This document shows, piece after piece, positions 56,861 through 64,000 of a DNA stretch of 64,000 nt; position 1 is the first letter of the stretch; each line of letters starts with the position of its first letter. The notes under the pieces are model-generated. The model worked only from the letters and a program-made list of their open reading frames with translations. It was not told the origin of the DNA and made no database searches. The position numbers were made by a program, and so were the translations under genes. This DNA is from an uncultured Clostridia bacterium (lineage in GTDB: Bacteria; Bacillota; Clostridia; Oscillospirales; CAG-382), in NCBI GenBank assembly GCA_944375955.1, contig CALWBE010000062.1, positions 1,314 through 65,313 on the forward strand, given 5' to 3'.

Positions 56861-58117
56861 TTATCTCTTTATAAGTACATCTCTTTCATATGCGCGAACC
56901 TTTTCAAGCCAGCTCTCACGTGTAGGAACACCCATATTTTCACAGTAATAATCCCAAACTGCTCCGAACGGATATGATTTATATTCTTCCGTAAGCGCAA
57001 GCCTTGTAGTAAAATCAAGTTCATTCTCGGTCTTTTTCAAAGCTTCAACAGGCTCAAGCATTGCTTTCAGAAGTGCTTTTTGAGTATTTCTTGAACCGAT
57101 AACCCATGCGGCGATACGGTTTATACTCGCGTCAAAGAAATCAAGCGCTATATTTACGCGGCTTTCAAGATCGTTCCTGGTAATTTCCTGAGCTATAGCA
57201 ATAAGCTCATCATCGAGGATTACAACATGGTCACTGTCCCAGCGAACAGGACGCGATACATGAAGAAGCAGCTCGTCAGCAAAAAGAAGAATAGACGATA
57301 TTTTATTGGAAATAACCTCAGTAGGATGAAAATGTCCTGCGTCAAGCGTAACCATAACCCCCGGATTCTTCATCGCATAACTTAAATAAAATTCATGTGA
57401 GCCTACCGTATAAGCTTCAGCTCCCATGCCAAACACCTTAGATTCTACAGCATCAACAGTATATTTTGAGTCGAGCTTCTTAGCTTCGATTTTGTTAAGA
57501 GAATCAAGCAGACGTGCGCGAGGAGCAAGCTTGTCATAGCAATTATCCTTAAATCCGTCCGGAACCCAAATATTGTTTACAGAGCGAATACCAGTGCGTT
57601 TTCCGAGATATTCAGAGATTTCACGAGTTCTTATGCAATGATCAATCCAGAACTGACGTATACCTTCGTCCGGATGTGAAAGGGTAAGACCGTCTGAACT
57701 CTTCGGATGTGAAAAACATGTAGGATTAAAGTCAAGTCCTATTTTTTCTTCAACAGCCCAGTCTGCCCAGTTGGAAAAACATTCAGGTGTTATAGTATCT
57801 CTGTCTGTTTTAAGGCTCTTAGGCTCGCTGTAACATGCATGAATATTTGCCTTTTTTGGTCCGGGAATAAGTGAAAAAGCAAAGCTCATGTCAGCTCTTA
57901 ACTGGTCTGGTGTCTTAGCTTTTCCGGGATAATTTCCTGTTACTGCTATTCCTCCGTCAAGAGACGCACCCAGATTTTCAAAACCCGTAACGTCATCACC
58001 CTGCCAGCAGTGAATAGAGATTGGAATGTTTTTTAAACGCTCGATCGCCTTATCAGTATCAACTCCGATAGACGCATACTGTTCACGGGCAAGTTCATAT
58101 GATTTTTCAATAGACAT
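56861..58117 (-). CDS. rhaA: L-rhamnose isomerase
   Basis: 418 aa. [34 protein letters not shown]. Confidence 0.93.
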   Translation of the reverse strand: MSIEKSYELAREQYASIGVDTDKAIERLKNIPISIHCWQGDDVTGFENLGASLDGGIAVTGNYPGKAKTPDQLRADMSFAFSLIPGPKKANIHACYSEPKSLKTDRDTITPECFSNWADWAVEEKIGLDFNPTCFSHPKSSDGLTLSHPDEGIRQFWIDHCIRTREISEYLGKRTGIRSVNNIWVPDGFKDNCYDKLAPRARLLDSLNKIEAKKLDSKYTVDAVESKVFGMGAEAYTVGSHEFYLSYAMKNPGVMVTLDAGHFHPTEVISNKISSILLFADELLLHVSRPVRWDSDHVVILDDELIAIAQEITRNDLESRVNIALDFFDASINRIAAWVIGSRNTQKALLKAMLEPVEALKKTENELDFTTRLALTEEYKSYPFGAVWDYYCENMGVPTRESWLEKVRAYERDVLIKR

Positions 58118-58165
58118 TTTAGTTATACTCCTTTTTATGTTTATGTTTAAGTTTACACTTATATA

Positions 58166-59647
58166 TTATTTTTCGAGAAGCTTCAAAAATTTTGCGTAGC
58201 CTTCATCCCACATAGCGGTATTTCTCGGTTCAAAATATTTAATTTCAAAAGAATTTGCGATAACCTCTCTCGCTTCCCTGACATTTGCTATTTCACCGGA
58301 CGCTATCGCCTGCACAGCTATATTTCCGAGTGCGGTAGCTTCTACCGGACCGGTATATACAGGTCGTCCGCAGGCGTCTGCAGTAAATCGGCAAAGCGGT
58401 TCTTCCTTTGTTCCGCCGCCTACTATATTTATGTATGGTGCCTTTTTTCCTGTTATATCGTCAAGGCTTTCTACTGTGCGGCGATAACAAAGCGCAAGAC
58501 TGTCAAAAATGCACCGTACGATTTCGCCTTTAGTCTGAGGAACATATTGTCCTGTTCTCTCACAGTATTCCTGTATCCTGCGCGGCATATTACCTGGAGC
58601 CTGAAACATTATATCATCAGGGTTTATAAGGCATTTTAAAGGTTCGGCAGCTACCGCCGCATCAGACAAATCATTAAACGAAACGTCTTCTCCCTGCCTC
58701 TGCCACTGACGGCGCGATTCCTGTTCAATCCAGAGTCCCATTATGTTTTTGAGAAAACGAATTTTTCTTTCAGCTCCGCCTTCATTTGTTATATCGTATT
58801 TATATGAAAGCTCTCCGGTTGAAGGTTCTGAAAGTTCTCTGCCCATCAAGGACCATGTTCCGCTCGAAATATATACAAAATCTTCCTTCTGTGAAGGAAC
58901 GGCAACAACCGCCGCCGCCGTATCATGTGACGCCGTATTTATAACTTTCGGACTGATTCCGCCGATTTCCTCAGAAATCTGCGGTAAAAGCTCGCCGCAC
59001 ACTGTTCCCGGTTCTACAATCTTTCCTAATATATGCTTAGGTATACCGAGTTTTTCTATAATGTCATACGCCCAGTCTCTCTTCTCCGCATCAAGCATCT
59101 GAGATGTGGAAGCAACGGTATATTCGGTCTGTTTTACTCCTGTAAGAAAATATTTCAGCAAATCAGGTATAAACAGCATGTCCTTAGCTTCGGAAAGAGC
59201 TCCCGGACGGTATTTTACAAGACTATAAAGCTGATATATTGTATTAAAATTTAAAAACTGCGTTCCGGTGATTTTATAAAGATCTTTTTTCGGAATAATT
59301 TTAAAAAGTTCCTCCATAATACCGTCGGCAGTCCTTGAATCACGGTAGCAATACGGATTTTCAAGCAGCTTGCCGTCCTTGTCAAGCAATCCGTAGTCAA
59401 CTCCCCACGTATCTATTGCCATTGATTTTATGTCTTTATTATCAGACATCGCACAATTATGTATAGCGCTTTTTATTTCGCCGAAAGTACGGAGTATATC
59501 CCAATAAAGACTTCCGTTAAGATTTACTGGACCGTTCGGGAATCGATGAATTTCTTCAAGTGAGATCTTTTTTCCGTCAAATTTGCCTACCATTCCTCTG
59601 CCGCTTGAAGCGCCAAGATCTATTGCAAGCATCTTAAGTGTTGCCAT
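58166..59647 (-). CDS. rhaB: Rhamnulokinase (FGGY carbohydrate kinase family)
   Basis: 493 aa. LAIDLGASSGR, IDTWGVDYGLLD, SHDTAAAV, VGGGTKEEPLC. Confidence 0.9.
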   Translation of the reverse strand: MATLKMLAIDLGASSGRGMVGKFDGKKISLEEIHRFPNGPVNLNGSLYWDILRTFGEIKSAIHNCAMSDNKDIKSMAIDTWGVDYGLLDKDGKLLENPYCYRDSRTADGIMEELFKIIPKKDLYKITGTQFLNFNTIYQLYSLVKYRPGALSEAKDMLFIPDLLKYFLTGVKQTEYTVASTSQMLDAEKRDWAYDIIEKLGIPKHILGKIVEPGTVCGELLPQISEEIGGISPKVINTASHDTAAAVVAVPSQKEDFVYISSGTWSLMGRELSEPSTGELSYKYDITNEGGAERKIRFLKNIMGLWIEQESRRQWQRQGEDVSFNDLSDAAVAAEPLKCLINPDDIMFQAPGNMPRRIQEYCERTGQYVPQTKGEIVRCIFDSLALCYRRTVESLDDITGKKAPYINIVGGGTKEEPLCRFTADACGRPVYTGPVEATALGNIAVQAIASGEIANVREAREVIANSFEIKYFEPRNTAMWDEGYAKFLKLLEK

Positions 59648-59668
59648 TGCAAATTCCTCCGTATTTAT

Positions 59669-60442
59669 TTATTTTTCGAAATATCCGGTCGACATTAGAT
59701 TATTGTAACTGAGTTTCATTGCATCAAACGGCTCTATTGTCGTGGTGTCAAGTTCCGCAAAGTTATACTCTATGCCGGCTTTCTGACAGGTCTCAAGAAT
59801 TTTCGGATAATCAAGATTTCCTTCCATTATCTCAATTATCGTCTGTTTTCCTTCATAAACTCCGAGATCTTTAAAATGAGTGCATGAAATTATATCCGCA
59901 TGATCTCTTAGCCAATCGCATTCGTTAAGACCGGCAAAATGAAGCCAATAAACATCTGCTGTTATCTTGACTGCACTCTTATCGGAATTTTCGATAAACG
60001 CATCTATAAAATGCTTTCCGTCTTTCTTCTCAAATTCCTGATAATGATTATGATAACTGAATATTTTGCCAGCTTTTCTTATTTTTTCAACTACCGGAGC
60101 TAAATCGTAAGCCATCTTTTTAAAACCTTCGTACGATTTGGTATAATCCCCTCCGTGTCCCAGTCCTATTATGTTACATCCGAACTTATCATGCTCTTCT
60201 ATTAGTCTGTCGGTATCGTTTAATATTCGGTCAAGCGGGCTATGAGTTATTATAACTTTAAGTCCGGTATCGTCTGAAGCTTTTTTTATTACGTCTGCAT
60301 TGACGTCAGCTCCGGCTCCAGATACCTGAACATATTTATAACCTATTTCGGCAACTTTCTGCATTGTTCTGTAAAAATCTTCAGGTGTTTTCATAAATTC
60401 GCGCAGTGTATAAAGCTGAGCGCTGAGTTTCATTTTTTTCAT
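59669..60442 (-). CDS. Sugar phosphate isomerase/epimerase, xylose-isomerase-like TIM barrel family
   Basis: 257 aa. KLSAQLYTLRE..., YHNHYQEF, HFKD. First gene of the apparent rhaB-rhaA operon. Confidence 0.8.
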   Translation of the reverse strand: MKKMKLSAQLYTLREFMKTPEDFYRTMQKVAEIGYKYVQVSGAGADVNADVIKKASDDTGLKVIITHSPLDRILNDTDRLIEEHDKFGCNIIGLGHGGDYTKSYEGFKKMAYDLAPVVEKIRKAGKIFSYHNHYQEFEKKDGKHFIDAFIENSDKSAVKITADVYWLHFAGLNECDWLRDHADIISCTHFKDLGVYEGKQTIIEIMEGNLDYPKILETCQKAGIEYNFAELDTTTIEPFDAMKLSYNNLMSTGYFEK

Positions 60443-60565
60443 TTTTATACCTCATATAAATATTTACTGTATTTATTAAGTTATTATATCAAACGATTGC
60501 GGTTTTGTAAACATAATTTTCTAATTTCCCGTCATCTTTTACAAAAAAACCGCATTTTGACATCT

Positions 60566-63001
60566 CTATTTCAGCGTCACAACCGTTACGCCGCTGTCAC
60601 CTTCTCCGAACATTCCGGCACGTATGGTTTTTACCCTCTTATCCTTGCGCAAAAATCCTGTAAGTGCCGTTCTTAAAGCTCCTGTGCCTTTACCGTGTAT
60701 TATAGTAACCTGAGATAAATTTGCAAGCACCGCTTCGTCAAGATATTTATCTACAACAAACCACGCGTCATCACCGGTCATGCCCCTTACATCTATTTCA
60801 GGTCTTACAGTAAGACTTGAACCGGGAGCTTTCGAACTTTTGAAATTCTTTTCTGGAGTTGCTGCTTCTTCATCAAGCATAAGATTTGAAAGTTTTGTCT
60901 TTGTTTTGATTATTCCCGCCTGAACTGTGACATTTTCACCATCGACCGACAGTACTGTGCCTTTTTTGTTTATATCGCGCAATATAACAGAGTCGCCTTT
61001 TTTTAATTCTCTCGGCAGCTCGTATTCTTCCTCTATACGTGCCGGCGCTTCTCTTAATTTGCTGCCTGCATCGCTGAGCTTTCTCCGAACTTCCTGTTTC
61101 GCCTTTTCAAGATTTTCCGCAAAATTCTCCTTATCCTTCTGCTTCTTTATGCGGTCTAATTCACCAAAAATATAGTCGGCTGCCGCTCTTGCCTGCTCTA
61201 TTAAACTTCTCGCCTGTTTTTCGGCTCTTTCTCCTTCAGCGTCAAGGCGCTTATTGAAACGCTCTCTTTCCTCTCTGGTCTTTCTGTGCATTTCCGATAG
61301 CTCTGCCTTCAGCTTTTGCGCCTTTTCCTTCTCATTCTCATAATATGATTTCTGCGTCTCAAGCTCGTCTATAAGACTTTCAAACCTTAACGTCTCTCCT
61401 GTCATACTGCTTTTTGCAGTCTCTATTATTTCAGGCGGGATTCCCAAACGCTCAGCTATCGCAAATGCGTTTGATTTCCCGGGAAGTCCTATAATCAGCC
61501 TATATGTCGGCCTTAAAGTTTCAACATTGAATTCACATGACGCATTTGATACGCCTTCTGTAGATAAAGCATACGCCTTAAGCTCAGCGTAATGTGTAGT
61601 AGCCGCGCAAAGACATCCCTTTCTTCGTACGCTCTCAAGTATCGCCTCGGCAAGCGCCGCACCTTCAAGAGGATCGGTTCCCGCACCAAGCTCATCGAAC
61701 AGCACAAGTGAATCAGGTGTTATTTTTTTCAGTATTGATACTATATTTACCATATGAGCCGAAAATGTCGACAACGACTGTTCTATGCTCTGTTCATCCC
61801 CTATATCGGCAAGTATTGAATCAAACACCGGCAGCGTTGAACCCTCCTCAGCAGGTATATGCAGTCCGCACTGAGCCATCATTGCAAATAGTCCCAGAGT
61901 TTTAAGTGTTACTGTTTTTCCGCCGGTATTAGGTCCGGTTATTACTAACATTGTATATTTTTTCCCGAGAATTATATCAATCGGAACAACTTTATCCCTG
62001 TCGAGAAGCGGATGACGCGCTTTTCTTAGTTCGACATAAGGTTTTCTTGATATAATGGGCTCTGATGCGCCAATACGGAATGAAAGCTCTGCTTTAGCAA
62101 AAACCGACGCAAGCTGACACAAATTTTCATAGTCGGCTTTCAAAGCTCCCGAAAAGCGGGCGCACTCTCCAGATATTTTATATAATATTTTCTCGATTTC
62201 CGCTTCTTCTTTTGATTTTAAAACACGGATCTCATTATTTGCCTCGACAACACTCATCGGTTCTACAAAAAGAGTTGATCCTGTAGATGATGTATCATGG
62301 ACAAGTCCTTTCACTTCTCCTCTGTATTCAGCCTTTACCGGAATAACAAATCTTCCGTTCCTTGTTGTAACTATATTCTCCTGAAGGAATTTGGATCCGC
62401 CTCCGGAAACATATTTCTGAAGGCTTTCCCTTATATGGTTTGACGCAGAGCGGATCTTTCTCCTTATATCATACAGTTCTCCCGACGCTGTATCTGCTAT
62501 CATATCTTCCGATACTATCGAAGTTGTTATAAGCTCTTCAAGAAATTTATTAGGCGAAAGTTGTTTTGCTATATCATTTAAACAAAACTCTTCAGATCCT
62601 TTATATCCCGAAAAATATTCTGAAACGCTTCTTGCAGACTGAAGCACTCCTGCTATCTGCAAAAGCTCAGCCATATTAAGCGGTGCGCCCTTATCACATC
62701 TCTCAAGCGAAAGCTTTATGTCTTTTACCCCGCCAAACGACGGCATGCCTTTTACAGACATCATTTGTTTCGCCTCGGTAGTCTGTCGCAGCATATATCT
62801 TACATTTTCCACTGATACTGAAGGTCTGATGCCGCTCAGCATTTCCCGGCTGCCTTCTACTGTCGTACATTCTATAAGCTGCTGTATTATTTTATCAAAC
62901 TCAAGAGACGATACGGCTTTTTCAAATCCGCAGAAATTTATATCAGCGATATCTTTAGATAAAAGTATACCGCTTGAATTTCCGTCTTTTTCCGTCTGCA
63001 T
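60566..63001 (-). CDS. mutS2: Endonuclease MutS2 (MutS ATPase core plus C-terminal Smr domain)
   Basis: 811 aa. LEFDKIIQQL, Walker A ITGPNTGGKTV, DELGAGTDP, and Smr domain IDVRGMTGDDA...IHGKGTGALR. Confidence 0.93.
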   Translation of the reverse strand: MQTEKDGNSSGILLSKDIADINFCGFEKAVSSLEFDKIIQQLIECTTVEGSREMLSGIRPSVSVENVRYMLRQTTEAKQMMSVKGMPSFGGVKDIKLSLERCDKGAPLNMAELLQIAGVLQSARSVSEYFSGYKGSEEFCLNDIAKQLSPNKFLEELITTSIVSEDMIADTASGELYDIRRKIRSASNHIRESLQKYVSGGGSKFLQENIVTTRNGRFVIPVKAEYRGEVKGLVHDTSSTGSTLFVEPMSVVEANNEIRVLKSKEEAEIEKILYKISGECARFSGALKADYENLCQLASVFAKAELSFRIGASEPIISRKPYVELRKARHPLLDRDKVVPIDIILGKKYTMLVITGPNTGGKTVTLKTLGLFAMMAQCGLHIPAEEGSTLPVFDSILADIGDEQSIEQSLSTFSAHMVNIVSILKKITPDSLVLFDELGAGTDPLEGAALAEAILESVRRKGCLCAATTHYAELKAYALSTEGVSNASCEFNVETLRPTYRLIIGLPGKSNAFAIAERLGIPPEIIETAKSSMTGETLRFESLIDELETQKSYYENEKEKAQKLKAELSEMHRKTREERERFNKRLDAEGERAEKQARSLIEQARAAADYIFGELDRIKKQKDKENFAENLEKAKQEVRRKLSDAGSKLREAPARIEEEYELPRELKKGDSVILRDINKKGTVLSVDGENVTVQAGIIKTKTKLSNLMLDEEAATPEKNFKSSKAPGSSLTVRPEIDVRGMTGDDAWFVVDKYLDEAVLANLSQVTIIHGKGTGALRTALTGFLRKDKRVKTIRAGMFGEGDSGVTVVTLK

Positions 63002-63099
63002 AAAAATTTATCTCCTTGTTTTTTTGTCTGTCCGAACAACGTTGATTTTTTATCTTTACAGAAATTATTATAACAAAAATGTCCGGCTTCTTTCTTTAT

Positions 63100-63879
63100 T
63101 CACATAGCGGCTACACTTTTATAAAAAGCTAAAGTTTCATATCTGCGCGAAGTCTGATAGCACAAGTATTTTTCGCAAAAATCACAAAATTCCTTTCTCA
63201 GATTATCATTATCAGGGATTGTAAATCCAAGCATTTTGCTTTGCGGCGCGCTCAGAATATATTTAACCGCATCTATCGTGCATGCAGTTACAGGTATTAT
63301 ATTGTTTCTCGGCTTTTTTAAAAGGCACTCAGGACATATCGGCGATCCATCTCCGGGAGAAAAAATATACACCCCATGTCTGTCTGTACTGTCGACGGAT
63401 GGTTTGCCGCATTCGGCACATGATGAAAAGTCAGGTGCAAGTCCATTTGCCGCCATACATTTTATCTCAAATGCCGCCTTTATTTTCCACAGCGGCTTAT
63501 TATTAAGGTGCGCCATGGCGTAAAAACTGTTGAGTATTAGTCTCAGCATTTCTCTCTCGTCATTATTTTCCGAGCATACAGTATTTGAAACATCGGAGAA
63601 ATATGACGCCAGCGCAAAGCATTCTATGTTGTCACGGACAGCATAAAAGCTGTCATTTATAGTTGCGGTCTTCAGTGTATATCTGCCATCTTTTTCTACA
63701 AGCTCAAAATATGAGTAGCAAAACAGCTGGACCGCAGATGAATTCTTGCTTTTTATGCTGCGCACACCTTTTGCCGCAACAGTTATCTTACCATATGCGC
63801 CGGTAAGCAAAGTCAATATTTTATCGCTCTCTCCATATAAGGTCTCACGTATGACTATACCGTCGCAAGTAATATCCAT
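63100..63879 (-). CDS. recO: DNA repair protein RecO
   Basis: 259 aa. N-terminal OB fold (GIVIRETLYGESDKILTLLT), zinc-finger cysteines CAECG...CPEC. Confidence 0.9.
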   Translation of the reverse strand: MDITCDGIVIRETLYGESDKILTLLTGAYGKITVAAKGVRSIKSKNSSAVQLFCYSYFELVEKDGRYTLKTATINDSFYAVRDNIECFALASYFSDVSNTVCSENNDEREMLRLILNSFYAMAHLNNKPLWKIKAAFEIKCMAANGLAPDFSSCAECGKPSVDSTDRHGVYIFSPGDGSPICPECLLKKPRNNIIPVTACTIDAVKYILSAPQSKMLGFTIPDNDNLRKEFCDFCEKYLCYQTSRRYETLAFYKSVAAM

Positions 63880-63905
63880 ATAGCTGTTTTTACCGCCTTT
63901 TGTTT

Positions 63906-64000
63906 TTATTTTTCTCCCTTAAAACCCAATCGGTTTAAATTAAGTATACTGTCACGCCAATTTTCGCGTACCTTTACCCAAACATCAAGATATACTTTCT
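63906..64000 (-). CDS. era: GTPase Era, C-terminal fragment (gene continues beyond the right edge)
   Basis: My translation of the minus strand gives ...YLDVWVKVRENWRDSILNLNRLGFKGEK*, an Era KH-domain C-terminus. Canonical era-recO synteny. Confidence 0.7.
   Translation of the reverse strand, partial: KVYLDVWVKVRENWRDSILNLNRLGFKGEK

Noticed and set aside
60499-60553. Long-range inverted repeat GCGGTTTTGTAAA ... TTTACAAAAAAACCGC downstream of mutS2 / upstream of the rha operon
   Set aside because: The loop is about 26 nt and the arms are imperfect (three extra As). It could be a weak terminator or a regulator site, but I cannot support either from sequence alone.
1-64000. Scan of all intergenic regions for tRNA/rRNA genes, CRISPR repeat-spacer arrays, IS/transposase or integrase genes, prophage or toxin-antitoxin modules, T-boxes and other riboswitch classes
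   Set aside because: Nothing convincing was found. Intergenic regions are short and AT-rich, and are explained by promoters and terminators. The only structured leader I can recognise is the SAM-I riboswitch. A covariance-model scan (Infernal/Rfam, tRNAscan) would be the decisive check.

Overview
Chromosomal window from a low-GC, spore-forming Firmicute (Clostridia-like). The evidence is the conserved mazG / hup / S4-protein (yabO) / yabP / yabQ / divIC block, a SpoVB/YabM-like flippase, recJ-relA-dtd, lepA-hemW and cdaA-cdaR. I support about 55 protein genes, almost all housekeeping. 34 of the 35 genes between 9.3 and 52.7 kb lie on the minus strand. I saw no rRNA, tRNA, CRISPR array, transposase, integrase or phage genes. 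One clear cis-regulatory RNA is present, a SAM-I (S-box) riboswitch with its terminator in front of metK. There are also many textbook sigma-A promoters and hairpin terminators. Five places deserve a second look. (1) A 2,547-aa monocistronic, head-on gene (15788-23431) has the full module order of proteobacterial cyclic beta-1,2-glucan synthase (GT module, membrane helices, alpha/alpha6 cyclase-like block, GH94-like phosphorylase), but sits in a monoderm genome with no exporter next to it. (2) A G+C-rich collagen-like (Gly-Pro-Thr)n gene has a 7-Cys N-terminal knot and no globular C-terminal domain. It lies next to a GT2-TPR glycosyltransferase with a sigma-K-like promoter, which suggests a spore-surface glycoprotein module. 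(3) A truncated glycyl-radical enzyme at the left edge has an unusually short N-terminus and a C-T-E Cys loop, and is paired divergently with an AraC regulator. (4) Three small or uncharacterised proteins: a 136-aa mini P-loop protein, a PAS-like protein translationally coupled to murE, and a 32-aa membrane peptide. (5) Several partner-less genes: parA, the fumarase alpha subunit, an MsmX-like ATPase, and a rhaA/rhaB operon without an aldolase. All calls rest on motif recognition and synteny read by eye. No database search was possible. Hairpin and promoter coordinates are good to about +/-3 nt.
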